Assembly: GCA_021399345.1 (NCBI GenBank)
Contig: JAAFKI010000045.1
Coordinates: forward strand, 160,001 to 224,000
Reading direction: 5' to 3'
DNA: 64,000 nt
Origin: Candidatus Heimdallarchaeota archaeon
GTDB lineage: Archaea; Asgardarchaeota; Heimdallarchaeia; Heimdallarchaeales; Heimdallarchaeaceae
The notes under the pieces are model-generated. The model was given only the letters and a program-made list of their open reading frames with translations. It had not been told where the DNA came from and made no database searches. Below, in pieces: positions 29,779-39,000 of the stretch. Position 1 is the stretch's first letter. Every line of letters begins with the position of its first letter. The position numbers were made by a program, and so were the translations under genes.

Positions 29779-30054
29779 TCAATTAACTCCGAATATAATG
29801 CCTGCTACAATCATACCTAGAATTAAAATTAATAAGAATCCAGGGAAGAAACCATTACGTATCCTTGTCTTTCTTAAGCAACCAGGGCACAAAGTTATTT
29901 CTTCTTGCTGGTGTGTTTGTGATTGAAACATCGCTAATAATGCATTTGTTTGCCAGTAAGTTTTAGAGCATTCATCACAAATAGGAAGCTTACACCTATT
30001 ACATTCATTGACTGCAGTATATTTTGTATGAATATAACATGTATTTTCTGACAT
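29779..30054 (-). CDS. Small B-box-like zinc finger protein with C-terminal TM helix
   Basis: CYIH-x8-CNRC-x4-CDEC...CPGC; FFPGFLLILILGMIVAGIIFGV tail. Confidence 0.7.
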   Translation of the reverse strand: MSENTCYIHTKYTAVNECNRCKLPICDECSKTYWQTNALLAMFQSQTHQQEEITLCPGCLRKTRIRNGFFPGFLLILILGMIVAGIIFGVN

Positions 30055-30158
30055 TTTAATCACTTTATTGCCTCAGCCAAAAGTCGATCATCAATGATCA
30101 GGTCGTTGCAACTACATCATTGGCAAATAAGGATTATTTTGTTAATTTTAAAGAATTC

Positions 30159-31052
30159 CTATTGCGATGAAACTAATGAAACAATTTTATCCACTACAAG
30201 TTCTCGAAGTTTTTTTATTGTATTTTCACCTTTGATTGTTTCAATTAAAGGCAATTTGCGTATTTTAGTTTCATTAATAAGGAGCTCATGAATCTTTCTG
30301 ATATTCTCGAAATGATTGAGTAAATCTTCCTTTTCTTGAGTATATTGAGAACTTAGGTTTTCTCTATGCATCTCAGGATCTGGAACAGCTATTGTGATGT
30401 AAAGCACATTTGGCTTATTTAGAATAATTTCATCAAAGAATGCTGGTAGTAAATGTTCCCCCTCTACAACAATCGATACTGACTCTTTTTCAGCCCTCGA
30501 TAAAATTGCATCAACACCTATGTTAACTAGTTTTGAGTGATTCTCAAATCCTATAAGTACTTCATCAAAACGACTGCTGTAAATTGGTCGAAGAGTCTGA
30601 TAAGCCTTATAGGATGAAGAATGAAGCTCAGGCATTACATCTGCTGAAAGAACCTTTCTTAAAACATCACGAACTACTTGAGTTCCCACAACATGTTGAA
30701 TACCCAAGTCTCCAGCTATTTGTCTGGATAGAGTGCTTTTTCCAGCACCAATGGCACCAGATATAAGTATCCACAGAGGAATATTGGAATCTCTCCATTG
30801 TTCAATCATCAAATATTTGTTGCCAGCACTAATATCTTGTAAATTAGTTAAATGAGAAGAAACAATTTCATCTAGTCTCTGTTTACTAATAGTGTTTTTC
30901 TGGAGATTTGCTAAATCATTATAAATTTGAATCGAGAATTCATAACCTTCTGAGAGTGAAAAACCAATCATTCTTAGTTTTTGGGCTAAAATCCCTCTAG
31001 AAAATAACTTCTTCGTTTTTCCTTGAATATAGATTTGAGGTCCTTTCTCCAT
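30159..31052 (-). CDS. 2-phosphoglycerate kinase family protein (paralog 1)
   Basis: FSRGIL ATP-cone-like start, GAIGAGKS, PELHSSSY, VEGEHL. Confidence 0.85.
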   Translation of the reverse strand: MEKGPQIYIQGKTKKLFSRGILAQKLRMIGFSLSEGYEFSIQIYNDLANLQKNTISKQRLDEIVSSHLTNLQDISAGNKYLMIEQWRDSNIPLWILISGAIGAGKSTLSRQIAGDLGIQHVVGTQVVRDVLRKVLSADVMPELHSSSYKAYQTLRPIYSSRFDEVLIGFENHSKLVNIGVDAILSRAEKESVSIVVEGEHLLPAFFDEIILNKPNVLYITIAVPDPEMHRENLSSQYTQEKEDLLNHFENIRKIHELLINETKIRKLPLIETIKGENTIKKLRELVVDKIVSLVSSQ

Positions 31053-31100
31053 TTTTTTATCACGGTAAATTAACTTTAAAGAAAAGTATAATTAAACTGT

Positions 31101-31118
31101 TAAAAAGTTAACTTTTTA
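31101..31118. promoter_or_regulatory. 18-bp perfect palindrome in divergent promoter
   Basis: TAAAAAGTTAACTTTTTA equals its own reverse complement. Confidence 0.4.
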
Positions 31119-31143
31119 GATAAGATTGTTATTATTATGCTTA

Positions 31144-32061
31144 ATGACTAGTAATAATTCCGACAATTTTCTTAGAATTAAAACGAAGAAAGACAAGTAT
31201 GAGTACTTCTCAAAAGGTATATTGTCTTCATCTTTGTTTTCTATCGGAATTAATGCTAATCTTGCTTTAGAGGTAGCAAATCAAGTAGAAGAAGAAATTA
31301 GTTCAGCTTCTGAAACACCCTCTAAGAAAAAGCTGATTAAAATCATAACATCAGCAATTGAAAAAATAGACAAACGTTTAGCTGAGAGATATATAGTTTT
31401 TGAAGGAGAGGAGAAATACAAACCCATCATTGTCTTATTAGCTGGAGTCCCCGGAATTGGTAAAAGTACTCTCTCTGTAGATCTTTCAAAGAGACTTGAA
31501 ATAACAAACATAATTGGGACCGATATGGTTAGAGAGATTCTAAGACAGACAATTTCTTCTAATCTAATACCAGAATTACATAGTAGTAGCTATGATGCTT
31601 ACAAGCACTTGAAACCAACGATAAATCCAATCTTACGACAATCAATAGTTGGTTATGAAGAACAATGCAGGCATGTGATTGTTGGCGTGGAAGCTGCTAT
31701 TCAATCAGCTTTGTACTCTAGAGAAAACACAATTATTGAAGGGGTTCATCTCGCACCCAATATTCTAAATCGGTCTATTCTTGAAGAATCACACGTCTTG
31801 ATGATACTTTTATATTTAGAAAATGAAGAAGAACATCTGAGAAGAATTAGATCAAGAGGTTCAGAAGTCAAACAAAGAGGTGCAGACAGATATCTTAGCT
31901 CATTTCAAGAGATAAGAAAAATACAAACTTATCTAGTTGAAGAAGCAAATAAACTCAATATCCCTATAATAGAGACTTCAGATGGAACAATTGCTATAGA
32001 GAAAATTATGGACATTGTCTGGGAAAGAGTTTTGTTTCTTGAAAATAAGGTAAAGGAGTAA
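31144..32061 (+). CDS. pgk2: 2-phosphoglycerate kinase (paralog 2)
   Basis: FSKGIL, GVPGIGKS, IGTDMVREILR, PELHSSSY, IEGVHL; ATG 31144. Confidence 0.85.
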   Translation: MTSNNSDNFLRIKTKKDKYEYFSKGILSSSLFSIGINANLALEVANQVEEEISSASETPSKKKLIKIITSAIEKIDKRLAERYIVFEGEEKYKPIIVLLAGVPGIGKSTLSVDLSKRLEITNIIGTDMVREILRQTISSNLIPELHSSSYDAYKHLKPTINPILRQSIVGYEEQCRHVIVGVEAAIQSALYSRENTIIEGVHLAPNILNRSILEESHVLMILLYLENEEEHLRRIRSRGSEVKQRGADRYLSSFQEIRKIQTYLVEEANKLNIPIIETSDGTIAIEKIMDIVWERVLFLENKVKE

Positions 32062-32070
32062 AAAGCTATT

Positions 32071-33765
32071 TTAGTCTGTGCTTTTAACTTTGCATTTCAA
32101 ACTAGGAATAAGTGGTAATTCTATTTCAAAACCGACTACAGGAACCCAAATCTGATTATTCTCAAGTATACTTGGATGAATTTCTCCTATAATTCCACAT
32201 ACTTTGTTCTCTATTATTATCCGCCCACATCTTCCTTCAGTAAATGAAGGATGATTGACTTGTTTTATTTCATAGTCAGTATCTAATAAAGATAAAAGTT
32301 GATTCAATCTTTTATGGGTATCTTCAAAACTAGCTTCTGCGTCAGCACAGAGAAAAGCGGCATTACTTTGTGTGATAACCTTTTTGTCTATTAATTTTAC
32401 AATTTCTCCTACTTCAAAAAGCATCTGCGGGTAAGTTTCATGTGTATTCTTAGAAAGAACATTAATTAAAAGTGGATATATCATTTTACGCATAACACTA
32501 TAAGTAGATGTAACAGGATTCTCAATTTTTACATAATTTTGTTTGTCAATATTTACTCTAGTAGTTAAAATTTCAGGATCAGTAAGAATGTTTGTAAGTA
32601 CCTCAGTTCCTCCAGCACCTACAAGTATATTTCGTACCAAATTCTCGCTTTCAGTTTCAGGTAAAAGCCCCCCAGTAGTTAGAACCTTCCATTTTGTTGG
32701 ACCAATTTTGTTATAGTCTAAAGCGATTGCTAACTCCTCAGCTATATCGACCCAGTGGAGAATATCTTTTCTGTAAGGAGGAATTTCAATGGTTAAAATA
32801 TTGTTATCAATTGAATTGCAATTGAATCTTCTTTTTACAACTAACTTTGCAGCATCTTTTGGTTTCATTTCTGTTCCAAGATATTTGTTTACTACATCTA
32901 GATTAATCTCAATCTCCTCTTTATCAAAAAGGGGAGTTATCACACTCCTTGTGTAAATATCTGGCGGGTATTCTATTTTAACACTATAAATTTCAGCACC
33001 ATGAGTTACTAAAACCTGACATAATATGTTCAAAACCACATTAACTGTTTCAAAATTGGTTCCAGTTACTTCTATTAAACTGCCAGTAGTTTCTTCTGTA
33101 ATTTTACCTACGTCATTGCTGTTAATTACTGGTGGTAAGGATAAAGTTGTACCATCTGCAGAAAGAAGAATCGGATAGTGACCATATTCTTTAACGATAT
33201 GTCCAAATTCCTTTCCCTTTTCATGTTCTTCCAATATTCTTTCTAAAGACATCTTTTCTGTAGATTCAAGTGGGATAAATTCATGGGTTTCCTCTATCAC
33301 TTTGTATTCAATTGGACTCTTTATCATCGAGAGATTATAGAAACCTATAGAAGACCTTTTTCTTCGTCTCCCATAGGAGTAATCAATTTTTTCTGAGAGT
33401 TGCATAATTTGTTTGATATAATAATCTGTTAGGGAGATGTTTTTTGCAACTGCACAAGCTATGTATGGTCTTGTAGAAGCTAACTGTGAATCTACTTTCA
33501 CCACATAACCACTTTCTTTCACCTCATATTCTGGGATACCACTCTCTTCCTCAAGAATGCCTTTTATCTCTCTTATCATTCCCTCTGGTGACCAAAGATC
33601 TGGTCGATTACTGGTTTTAATGTCAATCACAAGCATATCTTCTTCTTCGATGTATTGATCAATTTCTGATTTAGTATACGAAAGTAAATCTTCTAATTGC
33701 TCAATTGATAATTGCTTACCTAACATTTCTTGCATTTTTTTGTAACTTGCTTTTATTGATACCAT
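32071..33765 (-). CDS. pheT: Phenylalanine-tRNA ligase beta subunit (archaeal type)
   Basis: NRPDLWS.EG, RPYIACAV, LSLPPVINS, PPYRKDILHWVDIAEE, GEIHP. Confidence 0.96.
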   Translation of the reverse strand: MVSIKASYKKMQEMLGKQLSIEQLEDLLSYTKSEIDQYIEEEDMLVIDIKTSNRPDLWSPEGMIREIKGILEEESGIPEYEVKESGYVVKVDSQLASTRPYIACAVAKNISLTDYYIKQIMQLSEKIDYSYGRRRKRSSIGFYNLSMIKSPIEYKVIEETHEFIPLESTEKMSLERILEEHEKGKEFGHIVKEYGHYPILLSADGTTLSLPPVINSNDVGKITEETTGSLIEVTGTNFETVNVVLNILCQVLVTHGAEIYSVKIEYPPDIYTRSVITPLFDKEEIEINLDVVNKYLGTEMKPKDAAKLVVKRRFNCNSIDNNILTIEIPPYRKDILHWVDIAEELAIALDYNKIGPTKWKVLTTGGLLPETESENLVRNILVGAGGTEVLTNILTDPEILTTRVNIDKQNYVKIENPVTSTYSVMRKMIYPLLINVLSKNTHETYPQMLFEVGEIVKLIDKKVITQSNAAFLCADAEASFEDTHKRLNQLLSLLDTDYEIKQVNHPSFTEGRCGRIIIENKVCGIIGEIHPSILENNQIWVPVVGFEIELPLIPSLKCKVKSTD

Positions 33766-33769
33766 CTGT

Positions 33770-35266
33770 TTAACCTCTCGACATCTTAGCTGTTCTCAAC
33801 CAGTCAAACTTATGACTGAATAGTTCCCTTATGTCCGTAATTCCATTTTTAACCATAAACAGTCTTTCTATCCCTAAACCCCAAGCTATAACAGGTGCTT
33901 CAATTCCAAAGGGTTTTGTTACTTCAGGTCTGAAAATCCCTGCACCTCCAAATTCAATCCAACCTAGGTTTGGATCAAGAACATCAAGTTCTACAGAAGG
34001 TTCTGTAAAAGGGTAATAATCAGGCTTAAATTTAAAATTCTCATTTTCAGCTATATCCACTGCAAATGCCTTTAAAATCCCTAATAAATCTCTAAATGTT
34101 ATAGATGGATCCACAACAATTCCTTCAACTTGAGTAAATTCAGAGAGATGTGTTGCATCTACGGTATCAGGCCTATAACAACGAGATATTGAAAAATATT
34201 TAGATGGAACTTCTAAGTCTACTAAGGTTCTTGCACTAACAGATGTTCCATGAGCACGTAGAACTAGTTGAGCACTTTTTAATGGGTCCCACTTATATCG
34301 CCAACCCTTGCTTCCAGTATCATAACCATTTTCATGAGCTTTTTTCACATTTTCTACATAATCTGCTTTTGGTAATTTGCCTCGTTTTGGGTTTGATACC
34401 TGATATACATCAGACCACTCTCTTGCTGAATGATTTTGAGCTTGAAATAAAGCATCAAAGTTCCAAAATTCTAATTCAACTATTGGACCTCTCATCTCCT
34501 TAAAACCGAGAGCACACAGTTTTTGCTTAACTTCATCGAGAAACTCAGCATATGGTTGTTTTCTCCCACCATAAAAAGTAGGGGGGGCGGCCTTTAGATT
34601 ATATTCCCTTAGTCTTGTATCTCGCCAAGAACCATTTCTAATCATTTCAGGAGTTAATCTACTTACTTCGTTCATTTTTTGAATGGATGAAGATACTTTC
34701 TTGTAAGGAATTAGAATTTCCAAAAGAATATCTTTAGCTTCTTCCAAAGAAGCTAAATTTCTTTGAAGTAATATTTCGTTGAAATCACTTGTGTCTACTG
34801 TTTCGCCCGATAAAAGTTGTTCTAAGATTATCTGAAGATCTTTGTTAACTTCTTTTTTCTTGTCGATTATGCTAATTTGACCCTTGTCTATCTTAATCAA
34901 GCCTTGTTTTTTCAAAAGACCAACGCCAGCGTTCATCTCTTTGTTATCTGTTTTAACTAATTTTGAAAGGTCAGCAAAAGAAACGCTCACTTTCTCTTTA
35001 AGAATCTTAGTAATTCGCCTTTCTACTAATTGATTTTCAGCAGCTTCTTTTCCGTTATTTGTAAGAGATATTTGATGACTTACAATTTCAAGACGAGAAA
35101 TTAATTCATTGGCAACTAGAAAACCGAGATAATATTCCAATTTTCCACGATCTAATTTTGTTTGTTTCTCTAATTCTCTGATTGAAATATTGTCATTTTC
35201 ATCAATTATCTGATAAATCTTTGCTGCTTCAGAAGGCAAAGATATTTTCTTCTCTGAATTACTCAT
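33770..35266 (-). CDS. pheS: Phenylalanine-tRNA ligase alpha subunit (archaeal type)
   Basis: FWNFDALFQAQNH, DATHLSEFTQVEG, YYPFTEPSVE, GAGIFRPE, AWGLGIERL. Confidence 0.97.
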   Translation of the reverse strand: MSNSEKKISLPSEAAKIYQIIDENDNISIRELEKQTKLDRGKLEYYLGFLVANELISRLEIVSHQISLTNNGKEAAENQLVERRITKILKEKVSVSFADLSKLVKTDNKEMNAGVGLLKKQGLIKIDKGQISIIDKKKEVNKDLQIILEQLLSGETVDTSDFNEILLQRNLASLEEAKDILLEILIPYKKVSSSIQKMNEVSRLTPEMIRNGSWRDTRLREYNLKAAPPTFYGGRKQPYAEFLDEVKQKLCALGFKEMRGPIVELEFWNFDALFQAQNHSAREWSDVYQVSNPKRGKLPKADYVENVKKAHENGYDTGSKGWRYKWDPLKSAQLVLRAHGTSVSARTLVDLEVPSKYFSISRCYRPDTVDATHLSEFTQVEGIVVDPSITFRDLLGILKAFAVDIAENENFKFKPDYYPFTEPSVELDVLDPNLGWIEFGGAGIFRPEVTKPFGIEAPVIAWGLGIERLFMVKNGITDIRELFSHKFDWLRTAKMSRG

Positions 35267-35457
35267 TGTTCACATTTCCTAACGCCATAGTTTAAAAAAA
35301 TAGTTACTACTAACTTAGTTATAACTGAAGGATTAGAGGGAGTTAATGAAATTCCAAGTCACGTTACGCCCCATTCAGGTTTTTGTAATATAAAAACTAA
35401 AAATTATTTAAAACTTTCGAGGTCAAGCATAGAGATTCAAATGTCTTTGGAGGTCTT

Positions 35458-35940
35458 TTAATAGTTGAAATCCTCATCTTCATCGAGATTGTCGACCTTG
35501 TCTTCATCATCTTCATCGAAATCTTCATCTTCAGTTTCTTCGTGGAAGCTATCAAGAACATCATTATAATCCATTAGACTATCTAAATCATCTTCAGCTC
35601 CAATCTCTAATTCCAATATCCATCCATTTTCATAGGGGCTTTCATTCAATATTTCAGGATCTTGCCTTATTTCCATATTTATTTCATCGATTGTTCCACT
35701 AATTGGTGCGTGAATATTTAACGTATCTTCAATAGAATCTATCGAGACGATTTCTTCATCCTTTTCAACAAATATTCCTTTTTCAGGTAAACTAATCGAT
35801 ATGATATCATCAAGTACATATTGTCCATAATCAGTTAAGCCTATTCTAAAGACGCCTCTACCTCTATCTTCTACCCACACAGAAGTAGAATAGTACAAGT
35901 GGCTTTCTGGGAATACGAAGTTTCGTTTCATTTCAGTCAA
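35458..35940 (-). CDS. Glycine cleavage H-protein homolog lacking the lipoyl lysine
   Basis: RIGLTDYGQ..L.DI, APISGTI.EIN, PEILNESPYENGWI; IDSIED at the ESVKA position. Confidence 0.85.
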   Translation of the reverse strand: MTEMKRNFVFPESHLYYSTSVWVEDRGRGVFRIGLTDYGQYVLDDIISISLPEKGIFVEKDEEIVSIDSIEDTLNIHAPISGTIDEINMEIRQDPEILNESPYENGWILELEIGAEDDLDSLMDYNDVLDSFHEETEDEDFDEDDEDKVDNLDEDEDFNY

Positions 35941-36053
35941 GTCAATCGTTTCTAATCCATTTTTGAAGTTTTCCTTATTTATCTTTTTTCAAGAACTCAA
36001 AACAATGATTATAAAACATCAAAAAATAAGAGAAAAAGAGGTTATGAGAAGAT

Positions 36054-39000
36054 TTATCTTAATCTCATTCTCAACAAGTATTTTTCATCAATCATATTGA
36101 ATAATGTTGATAGTGTTTCTTCTAATGGAGTTTTGTTGAAGTATTCAAGTGCTACACTAATTGTAACTTCTTTATAATCTTTGATAAAATTGAATATCTT
36201 CTGACCAAAAGAATTAAGCTTTTGAACGTCTTTTTCTTTTAAGGTATTTATGGATAGAGGATGTAATGTCCAGATAAAGAGCTCCTCACTAAGAGTATCA
36301 ATAATTTGTCTAGAATTATTAGTAAACTCATCTGTTACACCACCCCAATCATGTAAGACTGATTTGAATCGTTTCTCAAACCATTCAACAAAACCAGCGA
36401 GACCAGTTTCTACATCAATCGAAACCTCACTTGTACTGAAGAGATAAGCACAAATACAATCTTTTGAAGCACTAGATACTACAAATTGACCATAGTCAAG
36501 CTTTTTTATAGCACCAGTTTGCCCACCACTTATTTCACTCCCCATACCAGCTACTGCTTGAAGGAAGCCAGTTACTAGTGAAGAATCAACAGTAATCTCA
36601 CCACCGAGATCCCATTCATAGATAGGTAGTCCTGATTCAGTGTGAACTATTATGACTTTTCTCAAAGAAAGAACACTAGTTAAGATTTTGGAGATTTTAT
36701 CTAGATACTTCCTCTTACCCTCTTTCTTCCTCTGCTTCCTGGGTCTAACTATTGTAAATTGAATGATTATTATTGCAATTACTATGAGTGCTATAGCAAC
36801 TATTCCAATAATCATGTAGAGTGTGTATTCTCTAAAGAAATAGGTTAAAAGTGCTACAAATGTTGGGTTCGCAACTACTGTTTGATTTTCAGCAGATGAT
36901 TGTGCTACTATAACGTATTGATTAGTTCCTCCGGGGGCGTATGTTACAAAATAAGAAATGTTTGTTACATGCCACGGAATATAAACTTCATATGTTGCTA
37001 TGAAACCCCCTGAACCATTTGGAGTTAATTGAACTAGTTCCCAATAGGTTACTATTGTTCCATTAGCGTAAGTAAAAGTATAAGTAATATTTACAGAATC
37101 ACTATAAGGTGTAGGAGCTACATGTATAATTGCATCAGAGCCTTCTGCCATTATTTCTGCAGTTAGGTTTTCTACTAAAACTACAAATTCTATTGTTTCA
37201 AGTTGTCTGATATCACCTTCTACAATTATATCTATATCGTAATCCCTAGCAGGAGGGAAAGTTATTCGAATGATAATGGTTTGTGATTGATAGCCATATT
37301 TTGAGAACGTGATTTCAAGTATGTAAACTGTTCCAACAGCTACTGAAGGGTCTACATTGAACGATACTATGTAATAATCACCAAATGTTGTATTTGTGAT
37401 AGAATTAAAGTAATCATCTATCTCTAGGGAACTGTTATCTTGAGCAAATAATGCACTTACTAAAGCTGAGTCAATGCTTATATTTCCTCCAACTACATCT
37501 CTAAAGTCAAATGATAAATCTATTTCTTCACTTGCATATTCAGTAGTATTCACATCACCAGCGTTTATTATTAAATCCGTCACTCTTTCTTCTATTGTAA
37601 TCAAAATTTGTATCATTTGTGGCGCATAACCAGGTTTGATAATCGTGATATTCAGGTAAAACGTTCCTACAGAGTATATTGGATTAATCGTAATGGTGGT
37701 TATATTATCAGCAAAAGTGTCTCCGAAGGTTACAGAAATGTTTCCATCAATAAAGATGTCAGGGGTTGTTATGTTATCCCCAAGTATGTCATCCCAATAA
37801 AGAACTTCTACTATTGTTCCTTCACCAAAGTATATTGTAATGTCTTGATCTGCACTATCTACTAATTGTGAATCTGTGTTAATTGAAATCACTTGAATTT
37901 CGAAGAACATGCTTGCTGATTCATACCCTGTCCTTCCGATAGTAATTGTGATATTTATTCCTGGCATGGTATAATCATTATTAATGAAAGATACATTATA
38001 CTGACCGCCACCAAGAAAATCAGTATCTACATAAGTAATCAGCATAGTTGCATTACTTGTAACTATTACAAACAACCCATCACCACCAATTTGATTGATG
38101 TCTTCAGAATGGGTGGTATCTTCAAAATAAACAACAATAGAAGTTACATAACCCACATATACTTCAGTTGGTACCAAAACGTCTGTTAAACTTGTTTCAA
38201 TAGTTAAAACACTTAAACTTCCTAATTGATAACTTGTTACAGCTTCATAATTTGTTAAATCTATGTCAATATAGATATCAAATGAACTAACAGATGGATT
38301 GTTATTGGTCACTGTTACAAAATAAGTATCACCTACTCTATTGATATTGACGATAATGTTTGATTCGCTTGCTGATCCTGAATAGGATGCTGTGATCAAA
38401 GCTGTTGAATGATTTGTATCCAGATATCTAAATGAAAAAACAGCATCATGATAAACATAGATTGTAGTAGCATCACCTGTTTTCTCAATAGATGTTTTAG
38501 GAGCTGTTATCTCGAAAGTATAGACATCTGAGACATATGCAGCAGAATAACTTGCCCGATAGTTATTCAAATAGATGGAAATTTCGACAGAATAAAAGCC
38601 TGTATACAGATTATTCGTTGATGTACTAATATTGAGAACCCATTGTTCTGTTTGGTTGTCAAAAGTATAATCAACTGGAGAAGAAAGTGGAAAATCTGTT
38701 CCGTTAGTTATGGTCACAGTCATATCATTAGGAGCCAGACTCAAATTTGCAGATGCCGTTACATCATACAGATTCATATAATATGATACATTGTTTGTAT
38801 AATTCGTTTGATAATTTGTATATTTAGGAACAAGAACTAGTTCATAGAAAACAGTTAGTGTAAAACTTGTTGAGTTATTCTCAAGGAAAGCACCTGTACC
38901 AAGAAAATCAACTGTGTAAGTACCAACATCTATGTTTGCATCAATTAATATTGAAGTATTATAATCAGGAGCATAATCATTGAAAACATCATTCTTATTC

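Noticed and set aside
35301-35327. Alternating AGTTA/TAACT inverted motifs upstream of pheS
   Set aside because: Short and AT-rich; no recognisable T-box or sRNA motifs, cannot distinguish from chance
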